Source: Tubiluchus corallicola
Lineage: Eukaryota; Animalia; Priapulida
Length of the DNA: 64,000 bases
Assembly: GCA_030141605.1 (NCBI GenBank)
Contig: JAQGDQ010000117.1
Location: forward strand, 124,001 to 188,000
Direction: 5' to 3'
Part shown: positions 12,001-25,784 of the stretch, one piece after another
How the letters are laid out: each line of letters begins with the position of its first letter
How positions within the stretch are numbered: the first letter of the stretch is position 1
Translations under genes and position numbers: made by a program
The notes under the pieces: generated by a model
Seen by the model: only the letters and a program-made list of their open reading frames with translations
What the model was told of the DNA's origin: nothing
Databases searched by the model: none

Positions 12001-14391
12001 TTCGCCCGCGTTCTCGTTGTTGTAGTTTTCGTTCTGGTTGTTATTTTCATTCATGTGAAAAGTTTGTAGCAAAAGATCACTTTTTAATTTTGTGACATCC
12101 GTATTCTGAATTTTTGCGAAACACTCAATTTTTGCCTTTGTAACAACGTTAAACATAATAGTGTTCTAAATAAGATATTCGCGAATAACCGATTCCATAG
12201 CAACGGTAAATGGTATTCTAAATATCATATCAAGACAGTTGGACGGAATCAGTGCTTCGCATTCCCTACTAGTTTTGGAACAAGGTACATAAGTTACACA
12301 ACATAGATATATTTCAATGTATCTATTAAAATAAAGTTAGAAAGACATAGGAATTTCGGTAATATCTGTTGCAGCTTTCTCTCTGATTTGTTAATTTTGT
12401 TTTAAAAAATATGCTGAGGATATCTTTCTAGTTGTATTGTTTGCTCCGAAGTTGAAATTCGTAAGGCACGAAAACCATTTTTTGGTTAAAATGCATCAGT
12501 TGGGCACGCGTCACGTGGACAGGGGATCGAAATGTGGTGCAGATTTGGTGCTGAAATGTTGTATTCGGTTTTGTTTTTATTACATGTTAAAGGCTTATTT
12601 CTGTTTACATTGAATTTCTTTAATTTTTTGTATGCGTCTTTATGTAAACATCTTTCCCGTAGCGTCAAATGTGCAAAATATATGCCTATCAGTGTAGGGC
12701 TCGCGCAGATATTACGTTTTCAATTGCGCAACTAAAAGTTGCAAAATTTGTAAATAACTGAAGTCTACGAGAGCGCATAAACATAAGCAAATAAAAGCAA
12801 ATCAAACATTTATTTGCGCAACTGTTTTGCAATGTACTAATTTCAATGAGAGCGCGCTGGCATGCAATTTTTAATTGTGCAACTATTAGCCAAACACTGT
12901 AGTTAGGCTTAAAGAAGACAGTGATTTATGAAGAGGCACCATTAAACATACAACAGAGATAAAAGAAAAACAAATTAAGGAAGATAAATCATTCTTATTA
13001 TCTTTGCACTACCAATGACAAATTCAGAAACTGGAAACCCAAAATCCCAAATATAAAGTTTTGATAGTGAATAGTGCATGCGCCCACATCTTCAACACAT
13101 TTCTGCGGCCACTGCCTTTGTAAACTAAAAAATTACTCGGATCAGCTCGTAAGTCCGTCACAGAGCTTAGAAACTGCCTTGTCAGTAACAGCTGGCTAGT
13201 TATTGCATATATGAGTCCAATATTTCCGGTGTCTATGCTCTGTTTGTCTTTTTATGAATTAATAATGCACAAATACATGCAATATATTCAAGCCAAATAA
13301 CATGCAATACAGGAATTAAAAACTGCACGTCCGCACGGGGCCTAAGTGTGATTTTTGGCAGCGTTAAATTTTTTTCCAAAGTTTCAAAATAGATGGCATG
13401 CATTGTTTTATTTCACTTCACTTATACGTGCTGTATATTTAATTTGTTTTTATTGTACACACTGTACTTTAATATTTTGGTGTTTTCGTTTCATTTCGTT
13501 TTGTTTTGTTCGTCTCTTTTTTGTTTTATCTCATTTGATATTTACATTTCAATTAGACGTCTAAGTTTTCAACCTTCTTGTTAATTGCAAGTTACATTAG
13601 CGAGATAACTAGCCATTGATAGTCATTTCATAGCATTGCAATTTCTCTGAGTGTTGGATGATGAGAATACCACGCCCCTCTCATAGACTTCACGAAACTA
13701 AGTGCTACTAAGTAATCACACAGTAATCAGCTTTCCATAATTAGCTCATCCGTTAATTAACTACATAGTGACACAAGTCAATAATCTACATCTGGCTACT
13801 ATAACATTTTGATAGGATAAACTAAATAATAATTGAGCAAACTCATGGTCACCACATGCAGACGAAATTTTACACACTATTGTGTTTTTAAAGCGAAACA
13901 GCATACCCAGAGCATCATCCTAGACCACCTAGGCACTTGCAAGTAAAACCGGATAAAATATGTAACTTATAAAATATTGCAATATGGAACCATTTTTAGT
14001 AATATAAATTAAGTGCATACGTTTCAGTATTATGGGAAAATCTTTAGATGGTACTTACTATGTAGCTTGTAATTATAATGAAATTAATAAATCATCATTG
14101 ATTGCGTATAATTAGTAGCTAACTCTTTATTAGTGTTCCATTATAACTTTCGAATATGAGAAGGTATTATCAGCTTCACGTTTCGACGCGGGTTTACTCA
14201 TCAAGGCTGTAATTACCGTGTTTGTGAATCTAGCCACATTTTACGTTGTATGTTGCACTTAGTGGATCATATTTTGCCTTTAGTGGCACGTAAATAAATT
14301 TGCATAAATCATATTTACGCTTGTAAATGATTTACAGCCAGCTTAATAACCAAGATATCCAGCACACGTATGTACCACTTGCATACACTTG

Positions 14392-14400
14392 TATATAAAG
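14392..14400 (+). promoter_or_regulatory. candidate TATA box of the RDH-like gene
   Basis: TATATAAAG matches the TATAWAWR consensus, about 115 nt upstream of the ATG at 14510. Confidence 0.45.
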
Positions 14401-14509
14401 GGTCAATCTGTACTTTGAATGCTTTGCTTACACTTACCTGTGGGCGCTGATAATAATATTGATAATGCAGTCGTATACATAAATTTGCGAATTCTTTCCA
14501 TTGCTCAAC

Positions 14510-17500
14510 ATGGCACCTATGTGCACTAGTGAAGCTCGTGTGGATGGAAAAACTGTCTTAATCACAGGAGGCAATGCTGGTATAGGGCGGGAGACGGCGA
14601 AAGATCTTTTAAAGAGAGGTAACAATAAATAAATGATGAATTATATATTTAATACAAGTAACGCACATCTAACAATTTGCAAATGACTTTTGTAAATAAG
14701 AACCAAAACGCACACTAATGCTTTCGTGTAGTCCAACACTCCGTGAGGACGTCTTCAGAGAAAAATACATACAGGAATACCGTAGCTAGATCGTTATTGG
14801 TTAGCTGAGAAATCGCCAAAAACATTGGCCTAAAAATTCTATAGTAATTTCAGGACCACTATGTTAACTTTTGGTAAGCTGCATTATTACTCGGAACACT
14901 GTATTGACTTGCAGATTGAGCTCTAAATTCATATTGTAGGTATCACTGCAACAGTATTAATTTTGTACATTACGTTATTGAAATATCATTGCTTTTGCTT
15001 AGCGTATGCACATGCGTAGAGTTTACACGCATAGAAATGTCCTCAAATAAGGTCAGAGGCCTTCGTGCTACTATCAGCAATTTTTGACTAATATTATTGT
15101 GTTTTGATAAAAAAATGTATTTTCTCTCTAGGTGCAAGAGTTATAATCGCATGCAGAGATGTAGAAAAGGGAAGAAAGGCAACAGAGGAGATGTGTGCTC
15201 AAACATCAACAGCGGCTGATAAAAGCGTTGTTATGAAGCTAGACTTGAGCTCAATGGAGTCAATACGCAATTTTGCCAAAGAATTTCTTGAAAGTATATG
15301 CAATTTAATTCAGTTCAGTTCGGTTCGGTTTATTCCTGCAGTCTCATCAATGTAATTTAATCAAGAGAAGTTTTTAGGAAACGTGCAACTGAATCCATTA
15401 AACAAACGCATATCGCTGCATTGCCATCCACACAGCAAGTGTTGCAACCGAATCCACAAAACAAACGCATATCGCTGCATTGCCATCCACACAGCAAGTG
15501 TTGCAACCGAATCCACAAAACAAACGCATATCGCTGCATTGTCATCCACACAGCAAGTGTTGCAACTGAATCCACAAAACAAACGCATGTCGCTGCATTG
15601 CCATCCACACAGCAAGTGTTGCAGCTGAATCCATAAAACAAACGCATATCGCTGCATTGCCATCCACACAGCAAGTGTTGCAACTGAATCCACAAAACAA
15701 ACGCATATCACTACATTGTCACCCACACAGCAAGTGTTGCAACTGAATGCACAAAACAAATGCATATCGCTGCATTATCATCAACACAGCAAGTGTTGCA
15801 TATTTGCATATTTCCCCCAGGAAGTATTGGAGTCACCTGCTAACGAATTAGGTGTATAAAAATTGGAAAAGAAATAGAGGAAGAAAGCAAAAAAGAAAAT
15901 GAAACCATTATGTTAGTCTGCAAAATTGTTCACAAATTTTAGAGCCGTATTTATGTTAAAAAATAAAAAGAAGCTTTCATATCAAAACAAAATACTATAT
16001 GCGACACTCGCGTCGCTCTTAATAGCTTGTCGCATGTAAACCATGTACTTTTATGAAAATAAAACAACTAGTTGATTCTTTATTTTAGATGAAAGTCGCT
16101 TAGATATTCTAATCAACAATGCTGGCGTGATGAATACGGAATATGGCAAAACTGAGGATGGTTTTGAAGTCCAGTTCGGAATCAATCATTTGGGTGCGTA
16201 TAATTATTTTTGAAAATACAAAATCAAGTCTGTTGTGGGCTTTCAAATTTTGGAACTGATTGTTCTTTACAGATGAAGGCTACTGCTAAACAGTAATATT
16301 TTGTCGAAATGCCCAAAGTAGTCGTAGTTTAGGTCCGTATTAGATGCACATTTTATACGTATATGCTAGACTTTCATTTTTTGTTATTTTACATTTTAGA
16401 TAACTGACAATACAATTTCTGGTATTCTGAAAGAAATGGAGAAATCTGCTTTAATACTATAATTATTAGTTCCAGTTAGATTTAAGCCTTAACAACATTA
16501 GCTTGTTTTTTTTATTTTAACAAATGAAAATATGATTTATGGCTTTTTATCAGAAATGAGATATACGTATGTTAGTTTTGAATTCCCTTTCTGCTAAAAT
16601 TCAGGATCTCAAAGTTAGTTTAAATTCACATTCCCAAGTGTGCATTTTTACTGGATTAGCTGAATAGTGGTTGAAATATGATTAGACTTACACTGAATCT
16701 GTACTGCAGTATAAGCCAGGGGTATAATCAATGTAAAGAAATGCTGGGTGAGAGAATTACACTAACACCGTAACGCATCCTAATTGTTTTAATTCTGAAG
16801 TTTTTAAAATATTAAAACTTTAACTCAGTGACCCACAGTCACTATGTTCAATAATGCATAAATTCTATGTAGTTCTTTTACATGTAGGTCATTTCCTATT
16901 GACATTGTTGTTATTGGATCGACTGAAGCAATCAGCGCCCTCTAGAATTATAACACTTTCCTCTGTCGCCCATGAACATGGCACTATATACTGGGACGAT
17001 ATTATGGCTGAGAAACGAAAATATAAAAAATTTTACGCTTATGCACAAAGCAAGTTAGCCAACTACCTTTTCACAAGAGAACTTGGCAAGCGTTTGGAAG
17101 GTAAGCGAAATGATAAAAATTTACTTAGTTTTATCAAGAATGTGTAACCCAAAATGTATCAAGCTATCAATAATAAGTTGCTGTGTAGATTCAAAGCCCT
17201 GTATTTCTTTGGCGAAAAGGGTATTATAGTCACTAGTTTCAGAAAAGGTGTAAAGTGCGTCGAGTGGACAAAATTGTCAACTCTGTGAAATTTTTAAACG
17301 AGTGACACTGTTTTACAGCAGAATGCACTGCGCCGGGGTTTTCAAATCAAAGCCACGTCAGTAAAAAAACTATGAATGAGTATGACGCTTCAGCTGTACT
17401 TCGTCATTGAAAGTTACACTTAAAAGCTAAGATATACGGTTGTTGTCTACGATACATTTGAAGCATTCATTAATAAAGGCGGGGCCGCATTTTCTAATAG

Positions 17501-19546
17501 GCTAGTGTAGGCTGCAACCTAGGGCCTCTTACACTTTTGTAATATTTGGTAAAAAAAAATCTGTTTTTCACTATGATTTTGTTGAAACATGTGGTAATTT
17601 GGTTTGCAATAAATGGCAAAATAATGGTATTTCTTAATGCATATTTTTATTGATAGACAAAAGATAGCTATAGATAGGCTATTTGCAATAAGTCTACTTC
17701 AAAGTATGTAGATGTTGCTAAATATATCATGAGTAACAAATATTCAAGACACGTGCGGGCGAGTTAGAGCATGGCTCCGTCTGAAAGGGCGCGCGCAATT
17801 TCATTAGCCAGGGCTTTCAAAAGGTCATAATCCGGCAATCAATAAAGGCGAAAAGTTGTTTCACGTCACACTATTTTGAATAAGTGAGTATGTTATGAAA
17901 ATTAAAACTCATTAAAAGAACCCCAAAAAGAAGTATTTAGTGTTCTATGAAACAAATATAACAGGGACAATGAATGAAGAAGTGAATAATGAAAATATTC
18001 AACAATTCCCTTCTACTCACAACGTAAGTAAACAAACTCCAAATTACTTACAATAAAACGTTTTTCTTGTACTTTGCGAAAAGAGCTTTTCCAATAAAGC
18101 ACAAAAAGTCGCAAGTACACCGCTATGCATAATTAAATTTAGGAAAGACACTATCTGGGATCTTAACACAGCTTTTATGTAGAACTTGTGACTGAGACAC
18201 TCCACCTTATCCCAAACCTGTAGTGACACCTATTATAAATATTTGAAAATAGAACTGGTGTCTGGACTGAACGTTTTTAAGCAGTACCTGAGGCAAATGG
18301 TGGTCTCATCAATTTTGAAGTTATAGAAATTAATTTTGCGTTTCATATTGTGCAAAGTAAGTACATTTTTCATTCCAACACGGTTTTATCGATTAGGTAT
18401 TTTCCAAGACACCCCTAACAAAAGATATGCTAATTTCTGTATAGTGACAGTTTCCATTAAACAAGCTGGGAATGAGTACATTTAGCTTGGCATGTAATGT
18501 GCCGAGGGTCTTGCAAAGTGTTCACCCAAAAACGCCCATCAAGTTTAAAGATTATAGGAGAATGTGACAAAAATGTAAATTAACTAAAGCTGAGACCTAC
18601 TGAAGAAAATAATAACTATGGAAAAATTGAAATAACTACAACGAGTATAGATCACCATTATAATAATTTTAGATAAAAAACCAGCCACTTACTTAAAGTG
18701 TCTTTACCAGAAGCGTAAATGAGAAAATAAAATTCAAAAAATTTTTGTGCAGGTACAAAAGTCACTACATATGCCGTCCATCCGGGTATCATTGATTCTG
18801 GATTATGGGAAACAACACCACTCCTGAACACTTGGCTGGGAAAGAAAGTCCGTGGTTGGTACATGTTGTCGGTTGAAGAAGGGGCACAGACTACCATATA
18901 CTGCGCTGTTGATAAGAGTTTAGCTGGCAAAACTGGGTGTTATTACACGTAAGTACTCAAAACAATTTAGAATTTTAACATGTCACAACTAAAAAATCAC
19001 ATGTCACAACTTGTTCAAAGTTTACTGATTTACAATTAGCTTTTTGGTGTTTCTGCTCGATGACTGAATTCGATGACCTTGAATTAGGGAGGGGATCCAC
19101 AATGTCATCTTCTTCGTTATCGTTGTTACTGCATCATTGTTCTTGTCTTCGCTTGTCATTGTCATGATCACCATTTGCTTAATCTTCATCACCGTTACTG
19201 ACGTTTGCTGTCGTCATCACCACCATCATTGTCGTCGTCGTCGTCGTCATTGTCATCGCCATCATCATCGTCATCATTATCATCTCACATCTCTACTCCT
19301 GTCATCGGAATACTCTTTATTTTTAGAGCATGCGCAGAGAAGGAACCTGCTAAGCATGCCAGAAGTGATGAAGACGCTAAGCGACTGTGGGACATCAGTT
19401 TGCAATACGTGAAACTTGAACATGACCCAACAGAAATTACGAACAAAAAGAATGATGTTGAATCTTCATCTGCGACCACACAAGCTAATTCTAATACGCA
19501 GGCCGCAACTGAAGTTGGAGAATCGTCTGAAAATACCGCTTTGTAA
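14510..19546 (+). CDS. retinol dehydrogenase 11/12/13-like short-chain dehydrogenase/reductase (334 aa, 6 exons)
   Basis: Exons 14510-14618, 15132-15293, 16089-16193, 16888-17100, 18753-18948, 19327-19546. All introns GT-AG, phases 1,1,1,1,2, total 1005 nt. Motifs: TGGNAGIG (Rossmann), ACRD (basic residue, NADP preference), [21 protein letters not shown], catalytic [26 protein letters not shown]. Confidence 0.93.
15385..15800 (+). repeat. 59-bp minisatellite, 7 copies, in RDH intron 2
   Basis: Unit GCAACTGAATCCACAAAACAAACGCATATCGCTGCATTGCCATCCACACAGCAAGTGTT starts at 15385, 15444, 15503, 15562, 15621, 15680 and 15739. There are no spacers. Confidence 0.95.
17479..17838. mobile_element. degraded hAT-like MITE (copy 2) in RDH intron 4
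   Basis: GGGGCCGCATT...TAGGCTGCAACCTAGGGCCTC and AAAAGGTCATAATCCGGC match the ends of 100-472. The interior (TTTTTCACTATG, ACAAAAGATAGCTA) also aligns. Confidence 0.55.
19140..19285. repeat. degenerate (CAT/CGT)n trinucleotide tract in RDH intron 5
   Basis: Runs such as CATCACCACCATCATTGTCGTCGTCGTCGTCGTCAT. Confidence 0.7.
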
Positions 19547-20494
19547 AGTGTACACCACGTGACAATTAATAACCAAACCCATTTAAATTTTTATTAGACT
19601 TATTAAAAATAATTTTTATCTACTTTTAGGAGTTCGTGGTATCTGCCTTGTAGGTTAGTTGTTAATCTCCGTTGCATTATAACTTTTTCACATTTTCTGT
19701 CTTTCGAGCTTAATTTCAAAACTGAGTTAATTCGGAATTTGTACATGTACTATAATCGCTAAAGATTTACCACAGCAGTGCTTGTAGAACCAAATAGACG
19801 CTTATTTGACCATTATAGTAAACTTTTTGAATTTTATTTCCTTGATGATGCTACATACAAAAAAGCTATACACACGTACATATGCCATCTATAGAACATC
19901 GCCAAAAACCGTTGAAGTGTGTATTCCTATATAAGCAACAAATTAACTAACAAAATCCGTCAAATTAATACAATAAAACACATGTTACTAAAAAACGAAA
20001 ACCCTACAGTAAAATGATTATGACAAAATGTCTGCATACGTCCCTGTGTGCAAATAAAAATACGAAATGTTTGACGCTATTGAACTTTTTTATAAAAAAG
20101 TGTGATTTATTAATACAAATTCCGTAGTAATTAAGGCACTGACTTATTTACTCTTAATTAGGCAAATGGCTCGAATATTAATTTCGGCGACGTGTTCTGC
20201 TCCTTTTATTTTTCATATACTCATGGAATATGGAAAAGGTAGGAAACATTTTGTTTCTTGGGAAAAATGAAGCAGCATGCCTTTAGATTTTCTAAATTTT
20301 TCCAGATCTTTCTTGACAGAAAGTTTCGTCTGATTAACGAGGATTGCCTGGCGTTAGATATATGCGTTGGCTTCATAGCTAAAATTTAAAAAGAATAATT
20401 AGTGTACACAAAGCTGATAGTCGTGAAGTAAAAATTTGAGTTTTTTCTCACTGCTTAATGATTATCATCCTGATAAATTGTTAACATTGGCTAT

Positions 20495-20552
20495 GCAGCT
20501 GCAGCTGCAGCAGCAGCAGCAACAACAACAACAACAACAGCACCACCACCCA
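20495..20552. repeat. compound (CAG)(CAA)(CAC) trinucleotide repeat
   Basis: GCAGCTGCAGCTGCAGCAGCAGCAGCAACAACAACAACAACAACAGCACCACCACC. Confidence 0.8.
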
Positions 20553-21689
20553 CAAAATGCTTTTAAGGCACCACTACTGAAATGATTCGTTTGTCATCCA
20601 TTGCTCAAAATATTTCGTAACGTATATGCCTAAATACTCTAAATATATCGTGACATGTCAAATATAAGTACAAATATATACCAATGTAGACTAATTAAAA
20701 GAGCACGTGATCAGAGTATACGTAAATTAATGCAGCTCAGAATGATTTGGAACCATTTCAGGATACTTTACGGAAATAACTGTAAAAATATATTTGCTTA
20801 GGCCTTCGATATATGCAATTAACATTGGTAAGATAAAACATTTGATGTATTGAAAATTTATTGAAATATAATGCCCGGTTGAATAAAAATATTCATTTTT
20901 GTTAACCTGTCATATGCCTTTGAGTTATTGCGATACTTTCTGTACATTTAACAAACGTTTCGTTCCTCCAGCAAAGAAAGTTTCTCTGCTACCATGCCAA
21001 CTTTTATTATGACAATAACATTTTGAATTTTCACAAAGCAGCTCTTTGATAAACGAGTTATCTATGCCAAGTCATTTAAGTTTGACAACTGGTGACGCCT
21101 TTAGGTTATTTTCTTTTCACAGATGTGGACAGTTTCACTTAAAAATTGAAAATTAAATTAACTTTCAAAAAAGGGATGGCTTTACTTCACACTTCTGTGG
21201 CAGCGTGTGCTTGCCACAGCATCATCACATATACATATAAACAATCGCTACGATGGTAATGACGCTGATTTCAAGAGAATGGCCATTAAACTATCATCGT
21301 CACTTTTAAACGTTATGCTCGCTGATTTAAATCAAATCTAAATGTTATCAGAACATAAGCTGAGGTCTAGAAAACTCAGTAATCAAAAGTCAGCAACGAT
21401 TTTGTTCCGGTACGCACATTTTAACCTGCCCACTGAGACGCTGGCGGTAATGTTTTTTTTCAATTTCTGTTTTTGAAAACCATGCTAAATAGTATTTTTG
21501 TGAAGAACGTCTTAAAACGTGTGAGGCACAATGGAAACATGAGAAGCCAAGTGAAAGAGAGTTTGCTGGGGGACGAGAATGGCAACTTTTGTAAAACAAT
21601 AACTGGTAAGCAAAGAAGTAAAAACTGGTAGTAACAGTGGTTGGTGCGAAAACTTACGTCATACTATAGTGTATCAAAACTCAGAGCCC

Positions 21690-23597
21690 TTACAATGTTC
21701 TGTATGAGCCATTCTTCTTGTAGGCGTAATACTTCATTAACAGCCATAGCAAAACGATAATGCCTACAGCCAGGATGATCCCACCAAAAAAGCTAGCGGC
21801 GTCAAAGTGCCTAGAATGATCTTGTGTGGTCGTCTCCGGTTTTTGGGTTGATTTCGTTGTGGATATGGAAGACGAAGTGCTCTCCGACGAAGCTGTGCTA
21901 ACGGTAGGCTTACTGGTTGATCCTGGCTCTGATGTATCGGTTTGGCCAGTTGGTTCTGTGCTTAAACTGGTGGTTGGATTTTCTGTAGTTTCGGTTGTAT
22001 CATCAGTTGGATTAGTATCGTTGACAGTCGTTGGATTAGTTGTACCTGTTGGTTCACTTTCAGTGCTGTTAGCGTCATTAGTGGACGACAATGAAGGTTC
22101 AGTGCTTGTGTCGTTAGTATCACTTCCTGTAGTAAATCGACAAGAATTTTCAAATTATTAATTCATTTATGCAGCACGAATTATCTAAAAGTAAACAGGT
22201 ATATTTCTTTAAAGACTTTTGAGAATAATAGTAGGCCTTTATACTATTATAGAGCGATTCTTCATAAATAGTGCATGTATTCTACAGCTACAATCGGACT
22301 TTTTCGCGAAGTGTTTATTTTCTATTTTAACAGTTTTTTTCTAATCTTGTATTAATTACATTTTTGCAGTAAGTGTAAGAGATGTAACTGATAATATGCG
22401 ACAAAATAAGTAACAACGTTGTAAAGGAACGAGCCTTTCCTCTAAAGGCCTTTCCTTTAATGCGCCTTTCCTGTAAAAGAATGGAAATGAGATTTTAATA
22501 CCGCTTCACGTTTACGTCTTTTTATCATTTCCCCCCTCTCCTCTCAATATACATAATTATGTAGCAAATCTGTGTACATTCAGTTATTTTCATGAAAATT
22601 TTCCAAGCTGGTCAAAAAATTATTACTATTGATGCTGTTGCGTAATAATTACTTTTCTTACTCGAACAAGATGTATACAATACTAGGTAAACTCATTAAA
22701 AATTTTACGAATGGTACTACTTTAATGTACTGTGTATGACTATAAAGCTGTGACAGTGTCCACAATTCAGTCTCTGAGTTTAAACCAATTAGACAGATTT
22801 GTCCGGGCCCAGCGCCAAGGGGGGGGGGGCGACGCACACGCTCGAGTGGAGGACGCATGATGAATTAGTCCAGTCTGCACGAAGTTCATTGATACTGCGA
22901 AGGTAGGGAAACTATTCAGTCTCTCCTAGTATATCATGTTTTTTGCTGATCGTTTGTTTATTCGTTTTCTAATATCAGTTTATCGTCGTCATTTTCAAAA
23001 TGGCGATCCTATATGCATTAGTTAAATCATCATTGAATTGGATATTAATTTTACTCATTTATGGACGATGTTCACGGATTAAAACGCACATACGGTCAAC
23101 AATTTCACAAGAGAGACTAAGTAATTTGGCGATACTATCTGTAGAAAATGACCAGTGACTTTAAAATTTTGAAAAATTTCTAGATGAAAAGCCAGAAAAG
23201 TCTGTTTTTGGAAAAACAGCATGTGAGTAATTATCATGACTTATTTATTTCACATGAGCTTGCAATTTTTAATATGCCATTGTGGCTAACGGTGGGGCCC
23301 CAAGTCTTCCACAATTTTTGACTGAGACTAGAGGGCTACATAAAACATATAAAATAACAATCTTCAGCTTTGGCGAGTAAAGGGCATCACTAACAATTTT
23401 CTATTTGAGCCTTGCACTGCCTATCACGGGCCCTATTCTATTCTATTAATTCGATTATAAAACAAAACACACTAGTTTATTCAAGCCTGCTGATGCTTAA
23501 GAAAAGTATACCTACCTTCTAACTTGATTGGCGAGCATTGTATCCCTACTGCAAATATTACAAGTAAAAGCAACGCTTTCCAAGTCAAACCTTCCAT
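21690..23597 (-). CDS. CD164/endolyn - TMEM123 (porimin) family sialomucin, type I membrane protein (172 aa, 2 exons)
   Basis: Exon 1 23597-23516 encodes a signal peptide, MEGLTWKALLLLVIFAVGIQCSPIKLE, followed by a phase-1 GT donor. Exon 2 22126-21690 follows an ACAG acceptor and encodes a Thr/Ser-rich mucin stalk, the family signature FDAASFFGGIILAVG transmembrane segment, and a cytoplasmic tail ending SYRTL (YxxPhi sorting motif; CD164 ends NYHTL). Confidence 0.9.
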
Positions 23598-25784
23598 TAT
23601 GACAAAAACAAGGATGTGAGCTAACAAAAGTAGATCAAATAAAATAAATGCCAACAATAATAGGCCTCATTCAGTACTACTTAATCCTGTAAAAACTGCA
23701 AACATACGTCGCTTTATAGAGTAATTATTTCTGTGTAATTTACAGTAACTGTACCAACTTGCGTTACAATGTCAATAAATTTGGGTACATAGTTCAAAAA
23801 AGCATTGCAATGTTGTCATCTCATGTGATGTGTTATCTTGAAACGTGTATACATTGGTGTAATACGCAAGATGTTATTTCACAATCGTTTTCCCTTGCGT
23901 TTCTGAATTATCCTGTCCATAGTGAACACATTTACTGGAAAAGGTTGCTCAGCTGGTCTGATTTCTCTGTTAATTTTTTACAATTACAGCTGCAGTGGCA
24001 AACACATCTAATGTGTATCTGCAAAAAGGACTATTTTCTTTTTCAAGTTTGCTTATTCTGGCTAACGGAACGCAGCACTAAAGTGCTTTGGAAATTAGTA
24101 TGTCTGTTATCAATACAGTGTAATTGTATATTTCAAATTAGCCTATGTTCACTAATTAGTAAGCTTCCATAAGTCACTTGGTAAAGTTTATAGTAAACTG
24201 TAGCAAAGCAATTTGTCACTGTTCAATAAATGTAACAGTTTCGATAGATCGAAACTCAGGTGCTGTAAACATTTCGACATAGTAAGTTGTGCAAAGCACA
24301 TGATGCCACCTGTTAACAAGAACAAATATTATCTTGTCAGAAGAAAATACAATGGATGTGTGTTCAAAATAAATAATGCAAATATTAGCCTCATTGCCTT
24401 ATTAATCTTTCAATCCAGCTTAATTCTGGTGCATCTCTTCACTAACATTTGGAAAGGATTTTTAGTGCAGATAATAAAAACACAATGCACACAAAATTAA
24501 GATCATATGTTTATTTAACAGAACTATATATAAGTTTTAGCATATGCAATAACAACGTAATTCCACAGATAAATTCACAGCTAAAATGCCGTAGAACATT
24601 TTCAACTACACAATCAAAATAAAAATTAAATACACTACAACTAAAATAGCTAAACCACTCAAATCATACAATTATACAAAATAAACAATAAGTAACCCAT
24701 AACAATATCTGCATCACATTAATTTGCACAGTTATTAATTTGCACAGGGTATATGAAATAATCAATTTTTGCATATTGTTTTGATGGTAAAATTGCTGGC
24801 TACACCTTATTTTCTCAAACTTCCTATGCAAAAAACATATGCAGATAAATTATTACTGTAAAACAAACGCATGTACCAATATGCAATTGGAACCAGATAA
24901 TACTACGAATTTAAGTGCATTCATTTGCATACTTATTTAATTTATTTATTACCAGATCAGACCAAAGTAATACTGCTTGTATGTAATTTTATTTAATGAC
25001 TATATGTCCAATACTATGCAGGAATATGAATTACTTTGGACTTTTTAAGTATTGGTAAACAGCATTGGCACTAAAGCTAGAAATATTTTGCAAAGGTAAA
25101 AGGTAAGCAGGTTTTATGTAGCTGAGTTTCACTTTAATAGATGGCAATACCAGTGAATGATGCCGTTATTCACAAGTTTCTTGCAACTCTTTGGCAACAA
25201 GCTGTTGAGTATCTGCATTACACTTTTCAAAATAATATTTATGTACTAATATTTAAATATTAATATTTAAAACCAATTAGCGATGAATATTTCTTACTTT
25301 AAAAAAAAGTGACAATTACAGTTAATTAAAAACAGCATTTATAGCAGATACTAATGGCATTATGTGAAAACGACTACAGTAAAAACAAACTGGTAATTCA
25401 GCCAAAACTGACAGTTGGTTATCCAATAGTCCACTAAATGTGAAAGTGATTTACAAGTGTGAAAACTAGAAAAGAAACTCATTCCAGACTATATCCCCTA
25501 GGACCATCACCTTCAGCGACAATAAGTCATTCATGCTTTCCCGAATTAATAAAGGATGCCATTTTTGCAAAAACTGTTTTGTTAAGAGAATCAGTGATGC
25601 TCTGTTGTCATTTTATGAAAACTCACAAAAAAGAAAGAAAAGTAACTAACGCGTTAGTGATTTGGCAAAAGTAAGGATTTATTAACTTGTGTGCCGCAAG
25701 GACTGTCACTAAGATGACCTCTACCTGAATATTCTAGTACTTGTTATTTCGCATCCTTAGTTCCTACCTTAGTCAGAAACAAAT

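Noticed and set aside
15385-15800. CRISPR-like array, or Cys-rich repeat proteins (ORFs 15357-15765)
   Set aside because: The units are contiguous with no unique spacers, there are no cas genes, and the context is a eukaryotic intron. The 59-bp period is not a multiple of 3, so the ORFs are by-products.
19137-19412. His/Arg-rich ORF
   Set aside because: It arises from an intronic CAT/CGT repeat overlapping the last RDH exon in another frame.
21826-22161. 111-aa hydrophobic ORF on the + strand
   Set aside because: It is the antisense shadow of the Thr/Ser-rich mucin exon.
22803-23434. Possible hAT-like MITE in the mucin intron (CGGGCCCAGCGCCAAGGGGG...CACGGGCCCT)
   Set aside because: The ends are only partly complementary and no TSD was found.
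23759-24500. 137-aa and 95-aa + strand ORFs between the mucin and IAP genes
   Set aside because: Non-ATG starts, no recognisable motifs, AT-rich composition, and they lie antisense in a promoter/terminator interval.
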